Notes: a model not told the origin generated them from the sequence alone. Shown: positions 37,267-53,200, numbered from the stretch's first letter. The stretch: DNA of 64,000 bases from Nageia nagi (GCA_050084985.1 JBITNC010000001.1:153822001-153886000); one strand, 5' to 3'. Numbers and translations: made by a program.

Positions 37267-40200
37267 TGTAATGTATTTTATATTAGTAATGATAGATTTA
37301 GAATAAATACTTCAATTAATATCATAGAATGAAAGCTATGTTGAGAGTGAAGAGTTATTAGATATGCACTAAAATAGAGAGAATAAAAAATATAATATTT
37401 ACTAATGAACAAATGATATGCACTAAAACAGATAGAATAAAAAATATAATATTTACTATACTTATATAAACTAATAATAGTAATACTTTCTAGGCCAACC
37501 TTGGTAATATAAATTATATACTAATGGTGTAAACCAATAAGTACAATACAATTGTTGTGGTTATATTGGGAATCTTATATTGCCCCCTCTTCAAAAATCT
37601 TTGAAATCAAAGATGAAAAATTCTTGATAATCTCTTTTGGTTCCCATGTAGTATCATCCTCTTATAGTTATTTGCATTTAATGAGAATCATGATTTTATT
37701 TTTCTCTTTTAGGTTTCTCTCTCTTTTTTTGCAACACCTCTTTTGGTTCAAACATTATTTTTCCTTCTTCATCCAATTTTGGAATCATTGTTTAGTATTA
37801 TATCTTTTATCAAAATACCTATTTGTGTAAGAAACATTAAAAATAGGTGTATTTTTAATTATAGTGCTAATTCTAACATGTATGCTACTTATCTAATCAT
37901 GTGAACAACATTGTAAGGTCCATAGAATCTTGGAGCTAATTAGTTCTTACTCTTAGTTTTGATAGATGTTTGTTTATATAGTTATAGCCTTAAAAATAAT
38001 ATATCTCCTATTGAAGGGATACTTTCTATCCTATTTTGATCTTTATATTATTGCATTCTATTTTATGTATGGCTTAAATTTTCATTCAATAACCTTAATA
38101 ATTCCTACCTTTGCTATGGGAAATTATTCAACCCTTCTACCTTAGATTACCTAAGAAAATAATTTATCATTAAAAGAGATTTTTTACCATGGAAAGCTTC
38201 AAATGGAGACATCTTGGTGGATAGATGATATGTAGTATTGTACCATGATTTTGTTAAATGAATCCATTTTACCTATTGGTATTGCTTTTCTAGTTTTATA
38301 AAATATCTCAAATAAATATTGAAGCATTTATTCACTACTTTATTTGGTCATCTATTTGGGGGTGTGTTGAATGGAAATGTAGGGTCTTGTTATCCAATCA
38401 TTGGATGGAAATAAATCTCCAACCTCTAGGATTTTAAATTTTTGGTTCTTATTTCCAACTAGGCATGGAAAGCCCTCCATTTTGGTAAGATGAATTATTT
38501 TATCTTAAGGTCAAAATTTATAGGAAAGAGAGAAAATATACTAGAAATGGAAATGCAAGAAATATAAGGTGTAGGGTGCATTAAAAAAATGTAAATGATC
38601 TTGAGCAATGCATACATAGATTTTCAATAATGGGCTCATTGCAACCACTAAGCTACTAGGAATGGGTCAAAATATGTTACAAAATCAATCTAACTAAACC
38701 TAATAGCTTCAATTTCATGCACAAATATAATTTCTAACAACTAGTATGTATAGTTTAAATGCCACAACACAAGGAAGGGTGAGGTATTTTCACATGACCA
38801 ATCATTCATGAAAGGAATCCATATTAAAAAGAGAAATGATTAATCAACTAGTTTATCAAATATTTTTTACTAACCTTTCATTCATGGTCAATCCTATCAT
38901 GTACCATAAATTCCTTATTAGTATCCATATACACAAAAATGCTAGTATTTAACTAACTAACAACCTTGTATGTTTTGAAAAACATCATATTAGCTATAAC
39001 AAAATTATATATAAGGATTACAAGTTTTTGGTACTTGGTAAAAAATCTTTTGACTATCATGCTCCAAAAATTTATAGAGAAATTAAAATATCTATGAAGT
39101 ATGTTTTTGCCTTTACTTACTAATCAACCAAATATAAAGTGTTATCTTTGTTGGTTATGAGCTCCTTTAGTGTGATGATTTTTAGGTGGTATTCGGGTGT
39201 TTTGATGCATTATATTGATAGAATATTTCAAGAGAATTCAATATCTTCATCATCTTTGAATAAGCATTCCTTTTCAAAGTAATTATGTAGCCTTTGTAGC
39301 TTTGACTAGCTATTCTTCTATAGATTTGATAGTTTTAGGGATTTATTCTCTAAATTCACATTGATTGAGTAGGATCCTTATCTAGATGATGTGACTAAGT
39401 AGATGGTTGGTTGAAATGAATATATAGGTTCCATGTAGAGATCTTGATTTGGTTAACATGATGGCATCACCTTGGGTAAGCCTAGTCTATTAGATTCCTA
39501 TTGAAGGTACTACATGAGATCTATAGGAGTAATGATCTTTGAGTGTTATGTGTCACATAATCTCTGGATGCTATTAGCCATGGTTTCAAGCTTTGGGGAA
39601 ATTTTATACTAGGGATGACATCATGCTCAAAATCTCCTCAATCCTAGTAGTTTTTAACTTTTAATTAATTCTCATTAGGTTCGAGAGCAACAAGGATCTA
39701 GAAGTCCTATATCTCAGGGTGATGTCATTTATTGAAGATTGCCCAACTCTATGATCCTCAAACTATATTTCAATTATCAAGTTCAAGAACCATTAAAGTT
39801 AGGGTATATTACATTCCAGAGTAATGTTAACAACAAAAGTTTTTGGATCTGCTATCCATATTACCTTATTCACTTTTATCTTCATGATTATAGACCCATG
39901 GCATTTAGAATTGGGAGTTCATGATATCACACAATATGGCTCTAAACACATAATTTAGTGCCTAGAAGGAGATTTTAATTACATTATTACTTCTTTTATA
40001 CAAATTGAAGTAAAGGAAATATAAAACTAGGAATATATCTTATACAAAATGATGTGATCATTAGAAATAAAACATTTCTCATGCCCTAAAAAAGATCACT
40101 TCAGCTAATCTAAAGAAAAACTCTTACTAACCAGAGATACTCTTTAAGGTTGGTGTATGGTGGGGATGGTGAGTTGAAAAAATACCAAGAGAGTAGATAT

Positions 40201-40341
40201 TTCCAAGACTCCATGCATCATGATATTATATCCTTGCCCCAAAACACCACATGAGTTGTCATGGCCTTCATTATGATATCTCATGATGCCTGTAAAATGA
40301 TATTTTGATGTGTGTAGACCAAGAGGGCAAGTTCTTAGGGG

Positions 40342-40382
<41 letters not shown>

Positions 40383-43186
40383 GTGGAAATACCACTAGCG
40401 AATGAATACTCTATGAATGGGATGAGAAGGTGATCTACAAGGGATGGTTAAAGGAGACATTTTAGATGGGTAAATAATGAGGTGATGTTGTGGAGGGAGC
40501 AAACCATTATGGATGGGGAGTGTATTTATGGGAACAAATAGTGGAACACTTATGAATAGAGTGGAGGTGGGAGTTGTAGAAGACCCTTATTTACAAGGAA
40601 ACCATATTAGAATATCAATTTGTAAGCTTCACAAGACATAAATCCTTTCTCCTTTGATCCATTATCATATTCTTTTGTTCTCCTAAAGCTCATATTTATA
40701 GGTAAACTCAAGCTACTATAGACCTTTTCGATGATAACTGGTTCTCATGATATGTACTTAGCTCTATATTCAGCAAGATATTTGGGACAATATTAGGGTG
40801 TCTTTCTATTATCATATTTTTTCTTAATGTTGACTTATTTTGGTCACATATAGATCCTTCCTTTTATTATACAAGGATAAATCTTCCTACATCTCTTTAA
40901 CTTATTGAAACAAGGTGAACACGAGTAAAACATGTATTCACCCTTATCTAATTAAGATATTGGTAAGATATTTAGGTTGACATTTCATTTGCAAAATATA
41001 TTTAAAAATGGTTAATGGATCCCATTGGGCATGCCAAAAAATTTTGACTAGCAAAGAAAAGCCTTATCATCCAATAATTTGATAGAGATAAATCCCCAAC
41101 CTCTAATATTTTGAATAGGTCAATTCATGTTTCTGACTAGGCATCCTCCATTCTAGAAGGATGAATCATTTTATCTTAAGATTAAAAGTTACAAGAAAAA
41201 GAGAAAATCTACTAGAAATGGAATGTAAGAAATATAAAGTGTAGGGTAATGTAAAGAAAAAGTAAATGACATTGAGGCTTGCATGCCTAGATTTTCAACA
41301 ATGGGTTCATTGTAGCTACTAAGCTATCAAGAATGGTTAAAACTATGTTACAAAATCTAACTAAATAAACCTAATAGTTTAGTTTCACATGAATCCCATT
41401 TCTAATAATTGGGATATATAGTTTAAATACCATAGCACAAGGAAGGATGAGATACTATCACATGATCAATCATTCATCAAAGGAATCCACATTAAAAAGA
41501 GAAAATGATCAATCAACCAATTTATAAAATATTTTTATCGACCTTTCACTTGGGGTAAATCCTATCATGTACCATAAATTACTTATCAGTATCCATATAC
41601 ATAACAATCCTAATAGCTAACTAACTAACAACCTCATCCATGTAGGCAAACATCATATTAATAATAATAAAATTACACATAGGGATTACAAGCTTTCGAT
41701 ACTCAAGAAAAGACCCTTCTAACTATCATGCTTCATATATATATAGAGCAATTACAATGGCTAGGAAGTATTTTTCTACCTTTACTTATATAATACTAAC
41801 ATATCCTAATACTTCTAATCAATTCCTAATCATCCAATTGTAAAGTGATATCTTCGTTGGTTGTAAACTTCTTTAGTTTGATAGTTTTTAGGTGGTCTTT
41901 AGGCATGTTGATGCATTTTCTTGATATAATATTTCAAGAGAATTCAATGTCTTCATCATCCTTTAAATAAGCAAGCATTTTCAGAGTACTTATGCAACCT
42001 TTGTAGCTTTAACTAGCTACTATTATGCAATTTTGATAGTTTTAAGGATTTATTCTCTAAATTCATGTTAACTAAGTAGGGTGCTTGTATAAATGATACT
42101 AAGTAGATGGTTAGTTGCAACCAATACCTAGGATTTATATACAGATCTTTTTATGGTTAACATGTTGACATCACCTTGGGTTTCCATTGGGTAATCCTAG
42201 GCTATTAGATTCTCTCTTAAAGGTACCACATGCAATCTCTAGGAGTTATGATCTTTGCTCATTATGTTTTCATCCATATTCAAGTTCTATTAGCCATGGT
42301 TTCTAAATTTAGGGAACTTTTATGTTGGGAATGATGTCAATCTCAAAATATCCTCAATCTTAGTAGTTTTTAGCTTTCAATCACTCATTAGGTTTAGAAG
42401 CAACTAGGATCAAAAAATCCTACATCTTTTGGTGACATCATCGATTGAAGACTCCCCCAACTCCACAATCCTCTTGTATTTCAATTGCTAAGTTCAAGAA
42501 CCATTAAAGTTAGGGGAATTTTAATTCTATAGATATGTTAAAAATAAAATTTATTAGACATTTGTTATTCATCTTCCCTTAGCTACTTTTCTCTTTAGTA
42601 TTATAGACTCGAGGTATTTAGAATTAGGAGTTGTATATATCACATGATATGGCTCTAAACATAACAATTAGTACCCAAAAGGAGCTTTTTAATAAATTAT
42701 TACTTATTTTATACAAAATTGAAGCAAATGAAATACAAAATTAGGAATATATATTATACAAAATGATGTGACCATCAGAAATAAAATAGGGTGATATGAT
42801 GAGCTCATTTTCTTTTTATTTCCACTTAAATCAAAAAATTCTCTCCTTAAATTATTGATGAAAATTATATCTTTATCACATACAACATTCTTAGGCATAC
42901 TATGTAATCTAAAATTTTGATCCAAAAATATATTAGCCACATAACTAGTTGTGAATGGATGTTGTAATGTTAATAAATACACATATTCTGAAAGTCTATC
43001 TAGCACTAAAAATATTACTATCTTCACTAGCTACTAATTTAGGTAAGACTTCAACATAATCTATGGATATATGTCCTCACAATATTTTTCTAAAATATAA
43101 AGTAATTGTAGTAGTCCTAGACTTTTGATAGTTTTTCATTTATTCCTATGGCATATCTTACATTCTTCCATGAACTTCTTTATGTC
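37267..43186 (-). mobile_element. Chromovirus (Ty3/Gypsy) 3' half: integrase, chromodomain, PPT and 3' LTR; split by an insertion at 38365-42788 and cut at 43187
   Basis: Minus strand: ECKICHRNK..LGLLQLL, VLDRLSEY, CDKD..F, MSSSYHP | QIDDQIKVVNKC, WYNTTYH..TKMSPFEA, LAPRFYGPY, EDDTTWE; PPT GAAGAGGGGGCAA at about 37580-37592; LTR starts at 37579, far end approximate. Confidence 0.85.
38365..42788 (-). mobile_element. Complete non-autonomous Tat/Ogre-like LTR element (about 1.7-kb LTRs, about 1-kb internal region)
   Basis: LTRs at 38365-40074 and 41042-42788; perfect TSD GGGTG (38360-38364 / 42789-42793); PBS TGGCATGCCCAATGGGA (close to the tRNA-Arg-type TGGCACGCCCAGTGGGA) at about 41020-41036; no RT or integrase motifs inside; (GA)n at about 40348-40378. 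Confidence 0.88.
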
Positions 43187-45350
43187 TATTGACACCTAAT
43201 TTGACACCCTTTTTGTACCAAACTAGTTTTCATATGACTCTCACTATGTTATAATCAATATGATATTATGTTTTATGTTATTATCAATTATGATCCATCT
43301 AATTCATATCTTATGTATAATTATATTATTTTGTGCAATGGACCACTAGCATCAACAATAGTGTGCAATGGTGAATTTAGATAATTTCTTAATCTTATAA
43401 ATAGAGAAATATATACATGGAAATATTATCAAGATTTTGTTTTAATATGATTGTGCATTACTCTCAAAAATATTTCAATGTATTTACATACCACATATCG
43501 AGATTAGATTTGTTATACTTTAGTATATATTTGTTACTTCACCATATTATTGGAGGAAATTGAGTGAGATCACTTTCAAACCTTACGAATTAGATCCGTA
43601 GCACAAGTTATCCCATAAACACCAATGCTAGATTGCATATGCCTTATAACTCTAAAGTTTAAGATCTAAGGTTTGGTATCAATCAACCTTCCATCCAAAT
43701 AAATATTCATTAATTAGGTAAGTAATATGTAAGAATTTATAATCCATTATCTCATAGGTCAAGGCATTTTATTTTGATCATTTATAACTTTAATTTATTA
43801 TTATCAAATATATTTTATTTATTATGCACCATAGGATACTAAGTTCCTTTTCTCATAATTAAAGTAGATATATATTTGTATTATCTTACCACAATCAAGG
43901 TTGCATGTTATCATCTACATATTGATGAACCTGACTCTTTTTCATTTTACAAATCTTCAAGTTAGGGTTTGATAAAATTATTTCATAATATTGCAATTAT
44001 TAAGGGAAATCCCTTTCTTTATTTTTCTTAGTTCTCACCATGTATTTGGTAAAAATATTGCAAATGTATTTGGTGAAGGTACTAACATTACATGCAAAAG
44101 GAATAAACCTAAGTTATTTATAAAAAGAAAAGGTGCAATGTTGCAACTTAAACATCAATAAGAAAGAACTAATCAGACTAACAACTCCTCACAAGGTAGA
44201 AGTGATCATGATATATTTGATACAAAAAGCTCCCTTGCATATTCTCTTAGGAACATGATGGATCAAGGAGTTAAAATTGATGAGTAATCATAAGGTTAAG
44301 GCTTTAAGATACTAATATTATGTGGAGATTCTTCTTTATATTAGAATACATTCATTTAGCAAAATTTATTAATCCAATGGTAGAGAAAGATCATCAATGC
44401 AATCATGAATTAGAAGCACTTGGGATGGGTAAAGCGATCTCATCATCAAATCAAGAGATTTTGAAATCCATTATTGTAAATAATGACAAATTGAGAGAAG
44501 TGGTTCACAAATAAAAATCTTCCATTATCAAGATACTTCAGAAGATATTAATGCTAGAAAAAATCTACATTATTGATTCCTTAAAAATTGAAGAAGTCAT
44601 CAAGAAAAGAATGACCTATGGAAAATCAACCACACATTAAATGTAAAACATTCCAAATGACATCATGATCATACATTATCTTTATAAAATAAGGTATTTA
44701 TATGAAATGTATACTCATTCATTGATCCAACCATCAATTCTTCTAATATCTAGTGCTAGTGTTGATCTCAACACCAACATTGTGATTCATGTTGAAGATA
44801 AGGTCATGGTTGAAAAAATAAAGAAACTATATATGACATAAGAAGATATCATATCACCAAAAGATCAAACACATCCTATAACTAACTCTTGTACTCCAAA
44901 AACCTTAGGTGATTTTCTCCAATAAGAATAGGAGTTCATACATGATCAAGAACTCCAAGGTTTAGGTGAAGATAAATAAGTAAAATGTGAATGTTGATAC
45001 TAATATTAAACTTGAAAATAATAATAAAGAACTCAAATATATGTTCCTTCTTGCCATGGAACCTTAACCCCATTGGATGGATAAGAAAAATGAGATCAAA
45101 TAACACTTTCTTAGTACTTGGCAAAGCAATTATTTTGACAACTTACTAACTAAAGAAAAGGTAAACTTTTAGAAGTTTTTAAACAAGATGTATCATTTTC
45201 AAGATAATAAAGAAGGAATCTTTGATACTAAAAATAAAGGACCAACATCGATAGATAATGATTATAATATAGATCCACAAGTGGATTGGAAAGCATTGTA
45301 TCATCATTATCTCTAAATAGCAATGCAACTATTCCTAGGTTAGTCAAAAC
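43187..45350 (+). mobile_element. Truncated Tat-like LTR element (LTR plus gag-like start)
   Basis: Begins TATTGACACCTAATTTGACACCC (a decayed TGTTGACACC LTR start) exactly where the chromovirus integrase stops; followed by degenerate coding-like sequence. The right boundary is uncertain. Confidence 0.45.
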
Positions 45351-46059
45351 ATGAAAATGATATCAAATATGCCATATTAAATATATATGATGAATAAGCA
45401 TTGATAAATTTATCCCCTATGGAGTTATATAGTCTTTTAATAAAAATTCTAAATTGAACAATAGAATGTAAAAATAATAAGCTTGTGCGAGCCATTTGTA
45501 AGCTTGTTGTAGCCAGTGAAAGATATCTTGTGACTTGCACCTAGCTTGGGAGCCTTCTTGGGACTTGTACCAACCTTGAGGAGTATAGTTTGAACATTTT
45601 GGAGTCTTTATATTTTTCTTAGAACTTGTTACATGCTTATTATAGCCCTATACATATTCTTGGTTCATTATTGATTATATTGGCTCTCATATTACATCTC
45701 GAATATGAATGAATTTTGCTACATATTCCTACTATGATTCTATCTTCATTGTGTATGGGAATGTATGTGAATTGAGTACTCTTAGAGATATATTTATGTT
45801 ATATTACATATACTATTTGTGCTCTATTTTTCATCATGTTCACATGTTATGAGACTTTTATATCAGATTTAGCTACTATTGTTACATTCCAATTTCAACG
45901 CATATTTTGGATAGTTGATGAGCATGTTCATTGATGACCTAATTCAAGAAATAAAGTGTAATTGAACATTAAATTTTATAACCCTAAAAAGGAACATTAC
46001 AACTTATTAAATGACTACTTTGTATAGTGAAACCATTTATAGTTAATGATTGTATTGTA

Positions 46060-46747
46060 AATCATTTTGTCAAATGCTAAAGTAGTGAGGACCTCAATCT
46101 AAGATCTTGCTTATTTCTCAAAGATGTAAGTGTTCTCATATTCTATTATATATTTATGATGGATAACTCTCTCTTATCTCTATTACTCTCTCTTTCTTCT
46201 CTCCTTCTCTACTCTATCCCAATATTGCATTAAGGGGGAGTGTTGGAATTTATAATGTATTATTGTAAGGTCTCTTAATGTAATTCACTATAGTGAATAT
46301 GATAATGTAAATTCACTACTAATCAAAAGCATCCCTAGATATATTTTAACTATTTGTGTCTATGATAATGTTACTTGTTCTACACTCCATCTCATGAGCA
46401 TGCCCTTTGGGTAAAAGGGTGATGCATGTCATGACATTGTTCAATGGTTAATAGGGTGATCCAAGTGATGATTTTGGCATATAAATAGAAGGCACTCTCC
46501 TCAATATTACTCACTCAAGTTTGTAGAAAAATTATGCTCTTGTTTAGGTTGTAGGAGAAGTGAGAAAGGGTTGTTGTAAGAGAGTGTTTTCCGATAAATA
46601 AGATCTTAGATTAGTGGATGTACTCCCATGGTTAGATGAACCACTTTATATTGGTGTCATTTTATGTGAATGATACTTTGAGTGTGTTCTTTATGCTTAA
46701 GTATTTGAGACAATTTACAGTGATATTGGGTAATTAGGAATTTTGTT
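46060..46747 (+). mobile_element. Copia 3' end (3' UTR, PPT and LTR 46241-46747), same family as 12606-20054 but in the opposite orientation
   Basis: AAGGGGGAG|TGTTGGAATTTATAATG matches the reverse complement of the 13115/20054 LTR end; shared blocks such as CATGAGCATGCCC..GGTAAAAGGGTGA.GCATGTCATG; the last 20 bp or so are replaced by (CT)n. Confidence 0.85.
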
Positions 46748-47236
<489 letters not shown>

Positions 47237-50200
47237 TTGATAAAAATATTAGTAATAATTAGGATTTCGAGGCATATATTTACTCATGAAGGATTTTGCC
47301 TTGAGTTTAGATTACTCATCCTTACCCCATTAAAAGGAATATGGTGAAAATGATTATCTAATTCATTTGCTTATTTTCCACCAAGAAGATGCACCTAGAA
47401 TTGGTTAAATTTAGAAGCTTGTAACGCCTTTGCATATGATCAAAACCTTATCATGTCCTCTATCAAAATAATCAATACAAAATAAATAATATGATAATTT
47501 AATCCTTTTTAGAGTTGGCATATCTTTTGTAGAAAAGAATCTAGGTCACATGTATCTTGGTTAGTTTATTCTAGGCCACATGCATCCTGTATATCATAAT
47601 GCATTTTCTATGATTATCTTCTTTAGCTTAAAATGATCTTTTTTTTCGATCTTTTATCATTTTATTCTCAATATATGATATTTTTGAAACCAATGGATGA
47701 GCTTGGTGATGATCTTTCTTTATAATCTTTGCATATTTTTCTATTTGAAATAAGTCTTTTATAGGAAAACATAGCTTGAACAAGAACTTAACTAACATAA
47801 CCTTGAAATAACCATAATTTAACCTTTACTTATGTTCCAATTGCATATGTTTAAATAAATCAGTTTAGATATTCAAATTACTAAGTTTGAAGATACAAAA
47901 ATCAAAATTGAGTATGTACAAAAAGATTATTTATGATTATAAATAGATTTTCTTAATCTTAAGGGATGCATGTTGTAAGTTAAATATTGTCACCTTGAGT
48001 CTAGAAGAGATATGGAATGATTATATGAAACCATAAATAGTACATTCATGCTTTCATTTTTTATAGTAGTAATAACTCCATAATCAAATTATTACATTTA
48101 ACTTTAGTTAGGGGCATGTCATTATAGGAGCTACATATTATCAATATTTATATAAAATTCCATTACCTAGTGATATAAGAAAAAGTTACATATTTAGAGC
48201 AATGGTAATAATTTAGAAGCACCATTTAGGGTCCTTTGATGCTATATCACCATCTCCTAATGATCTATAGATTAATTATCTATGAGTGGATATTAGTTAA
48301 AGGATGTCTATGCTTAAGTAATTGATGTAATCCAATGAATTATAGTGTACATTGATTGCAAAAGGCTAGCACCAATGTTAGGATGAGCATTAGTGCTACA
48401 AGAAGCACAAACATTATGTTTTGTGAGGAATGGGATTCAAGGACTGTGGGAGTTAGTAGTTGCTAATGATTTTTCATATTAGAAATATTTTGGATATATG
48501 TTTATATGTGCTCAGATTTTTAATTATCTCTTAAATGGTTGACCCAAGGGGAATGACATGATTTGACACTTGACCCGATCATGACCTGAGTCTTACCTAG
48601 AAAAATACATTGTCTAACAGCACCAACACTAATGGTAATGTCAACTCTAGTTTTCCAAGGGAGTTTAATCTTCAATCCTTAGAGTTGAGTTCGTTAGTGT
48701 TGGATGAGTTCATCTTTATACTTCTATGCTTAATATCTACGATAAATCCTATCATCATCGTTGATCGACTAGAATGTGTTTCAGGTAAGTTGAAATGGTT
48801 GAGTTATTTTAAAGGATCTTAAGGATTTGGAGAGCCATGTAACCATATAGGGAGCATTAAATATTCTTATATAATCTTGATAATCTTTCATAAAAGGGTT
48901 TATAACAATAAATAGATATGTATGAATGTTGTATAAGTGTTTTGCATGATTATTAAGCTTGAATATTTCCAAGGAGTGTTGCAAACTACATAATGGGCTA
49001 ACAGTTGTTGAAGGTAGTTTTCTTTCTCCAATTCTTATCATTGTAATGCTTCATTTGGTCCAATATAATGACAAACACCATTAAACTATATTTACTCTCA
49101 CATAGAGAGAAACTAGTATAAATACTTGTGTCATTTTTATATGTGTGTGCTTGCAAATTAAATTATTATTGATTATCATAGATATTTCAATGAATTTATT
49201 AAGGCGTATACAATATAGAATAATGGCATGAGAATGATTTAATAAATATGTATTTGAGGATTCCATAATAGCATATCTTATAGTTGATTATAAATCAAGT
49301 GGTATCATAACAAATTTTGTGATTAAAAAGGTTTGTGGATGCAAGGTAGAATATCGAAGAAAAGAGAGTTATTTCCTTTCAATTCTAACATTAGTAGAAG
49401 ATAAATAAAAAACACCAATATGGAGAGAGATGAAGGAGAAAATTCGATCTCAATAATGATAAAGATATACTTTTAGAGAAGATTTTTTGCAATGGAATAA
49501 TAAACGATTTAACTCATGGAGATGATGATGAGAAATTAGATCAATCCAAAAATGAGGAGACTATACAAGATAATAAATAGTTTAGAAATAATGAGCATGT
49601 TGGCTCTTCTTCTTCAAACATTCCTTCGAAGGTGGAATCCAAGTTGAACATTATAATTTTTGTGGGGATATTTACATTGAAAAGATGATTAATTGGCTAA
49701 AACAACTTGAGGTATATTTTTAATTCTAAGGTGTATCTAGTGATGAGCAAAACATTTCATATGCAAGATTAAAATGGGAGATCATGCACTTATTTGGTGG
49801 TAAATCCATGTAGAATCCTTTAAGCATGATAACCAAACACCTATATCTTCTTGGATATACTTTAAGAAGTTACTTAAGGATTAATTTTATCTATTGGGAT
49901 GTCATAATAAGTAACTTATTAAATGGAAATTTCTTAGACAACAAAGAGGAAAATCTATCCAAAACTATACCATAAAATTTAGGAAGTTAGCCACCATGAT
50001 TGAGGTTTCTTTGAAATACCATCAAGTGTTGGTTAAGTATATTGGAGGAATTGATAACCATATTAGGAGAACCATCATGTTGTGTAATCCACTTTCTTTG
50101 GACCAAGAAAGTCTACAAGCACAACATCTTGAGGAGGATATGAACAAAATATAATATGGTGAACACTCCAATAAGAATCAACATGGTCAAGAAAAAGAAA

Positions 50201-50269
50201 AATCTCAAGATAAAGGTAAAGGTAAAGTCAATAAATAAGAGAAGAAACTACTAGCATTACTAATAAGAA

Positions 50270-53200
50270 TATGATGAGCCCAAATAGTTGGCTCATGCTC
50301 AAACATGCACTAAGAGAGGGATGTTTGCCTTATTTCTTTGAATCAAGCAAAGTTAGTTCAAATTTGTATAATATCCCCAACCTATAGCTAGAAATGGTAG
50401 AAACCAATCAAACAAGTTGCAAATGCCCAAAATACCCAACATGGGGCCAAGGAAGCCAAAATACAAAATTAACAAGAAAAACACACTTATAGATCCAACA
50501 TCAAAGCAAAAATGAGATAAATGAATAATGATGACAAAATAATGTAATTGTATTCAAATAAGAAATATGATAAAACTCAATTATAATAATATTTCCAAAG
50601 ATAGATCTCCAAGGCTCAACTCATAGTATGGCAAGGCTTACACCAAGGCTTCCTCCTTATGATGACCTAAAATTACCCTTAGCAAAAACAAACTAAGCTA
50701 GGGCTTCTATAGCCCTCAAACACCAAGCAACTACCCTTTAGGGCATACAAACACCTCAATGCACCAATGTGGGCCTCCTAGGACTCCTAGATAACACATA
50801 ATAATAAATTAGATCCACCCAATGCTAATGTTAGCCCTTAGGACTTTTCCAACACTTTGCAAATCCCAAAAATGCCTTCCAACAATAATGCACAACACAA
50901 AATCACCAACGATGGGGACACAATAATATGGAGCTAGAATAAGCTTCCAACACTAGTATACAAGAGACACACACACATACATAAACAATGTACATCAAAA
51001 TGGAGTGGGACACAAGTTGTATTTTATTATGGAATGGTATGGAGTACAATGAGGATCTCAATATCTAGATCTAGGGTTCCAAACCCTTTGCAAGCTAAAC
51101 ACCATAAGAAAGACTCACTCCCTTAGACTTTGAATCTTCTTTTATGAAGGAACCTCCTAGAACCTTGATGACCATTGAAGGTGGAATCTCACCCTCAAAA
51201 TACCACCAAATGGAGTAGGTGACCCACATAATTCATAGAGTGCCAAGCTCCTAACTCTATCACCCCTCTAGATGTTATTTAGGAATAATACATAGCATCA
51301 CCAAGACCTATATTCCTAATTGGGTTTTGTATAGAATAAGTATAATCAATAGATAACCTCCTCATGGAGCTCCATCCTTAATATATAGCCTCATGTGTCT
51401 ATCCATCATACCTCATTATCATCCCAAGTTAAGTCTATTCTAAGGTTTGGGTCAACAAGTCAACCATGCCAAAATGGGGGTTATATTGGCCCAGTATGCT
51501 AATGTGGGGATCCCATGGACCCAGTGTGCCAATGTGGGGGTCATAAAGGCCCTCAAGGATAACATGGGTCTATGGGTATCCTCAAGCTAACATGGGATCT
51601 AATGGGTCTCCTTAAGCTAACATGGGGGTCTAGGTAACCTCATAAGCCAATGTGGGGTAAGTGAGGCCCTCCCAATGCTGGTGTATCCTTATTCTCACTC
51701 TAGATTGTATAGGACTCATGCTTATCTAGGGATTCCTACAATCCAAGATACCCCATTACAAACTAATACAACACTACTCAAGGGGAGACATCCCATTACT
51801 GGGCTCATAATGGGGTCCATAAACCATAAGCTCCTACTTGAGTTACACATGTACAATAAGACCATAAATAAACCATGACACATTTTGTCAATGGTCCAAA
51901 TGGGATATCACAAAGCCTCCTCTCTCAAATTGCTTACCTTCAAGAAATGGTAAGAGATATCTAAGGGTTGTATTTTAAGAATCCTTTGGTATCTTTAGTT
52001 GCACTTTGCCTCTCTAGAAAACCACCTAGATATCTTATCCCTCTAGCTAAAGTGAGTCTTCAGTGCTGACTAGTCTATTACCCTATGAACTCATGATGTG
52101 TCCATAGCCATCACTCCTCAAAATATGTTCATGGAGGAATCTCTCTAACCATAAAATTAAGTATAATCCTATAAGTAATTGTACCTATTATGTCCTATAA
52201 AAAATGATTATCAGAATAAAATGTGTTGTACCTAGGCCTCTTTTAAGATTCTTATCGATCCCATTAAGTAGTGATTTCTTAATCTACAATATGGGGTTCT
52301 TGAACTCCTAAACACTTCATATAGGAACTTCTTCTCTCCTCATGCTCAACATGGAATTCCCCTCTCCTTAAAACCTAATGAAGCTCCCTCTAGTGTCAAC
52401 ATATCCAACATGGGATAACAATCTCCTTAGACATCCAACGTGACTTTTTTGGATGTCCTCCTACCCCACATGGAGCTCCTAATTCCTTATCCATTTAACA
52501 TGATCATCCTAGCCATATTTATGCTCAATGTGGGGGTGTCTCCTCCTTGACCCCTCAATGTGGCCATCCTAGCCTTGTTCAGGCTCAACATGGGGGTTCC
52601 TCCTCCTTTCCCCCTCAACATAGCCAACCTGGCTCTATCCAAACCTAGATCAACCAACTACAACCTATTATTGGTCCATTATGTGTCCTCATATTGCAAC
52701 CCTTGTAGGGTGTATTCCACCCCATCCAACTCAAACCTCATGGTAATATTTTGGTGGTTGGTATGAATGTCACCCAACTTGAACATCCATTACACCCCAA
52801 AGATGATATGTAGGTGCCCAATGAGTGGATATAGATAGAATGCTTCTTAGACCACATAACCCTACAATTGAACTCCTAATCTCTCCATAATTCAATCCAC
52901 TAGAGTGAGTTTGACATTGGCATTTAAGACTTGAAAGCCCTCAAAAATTTTGGGCTTTAGGTCCTTCCTCTCTATGAAATTAATATCAATGAAATTATGT
53001 GATGCTCTCAAATCTATCATCACCATGATATCCTATCCCAATCTTGGCCAATCAACTTCAACGTTAAAAAAATTTTCACCCCATGAAGTGAAGTACCATG
53101 ATACCTAATATGCCCTCTGCATGTAGAAATCAAGATTCATCCACACCCTCATCCTCATTTAAATCTAGTTGTAACTCCTTTGAGCTATCCTTAGTAAGCA

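Noticed and set aside
37912-37940. TGTAAGGTCC as a possible LTR start
   Set aside because: It is the reverse complement of the LAPRFYGPY integrase motif.
51460-51670. About 30-bp spaced repeats (also 55640-55880) resembling a CRISPR array
   Set aside because: Degenerate tandem units inside both LTRs of a plant retroelement; no unique spacers and no cas genes.
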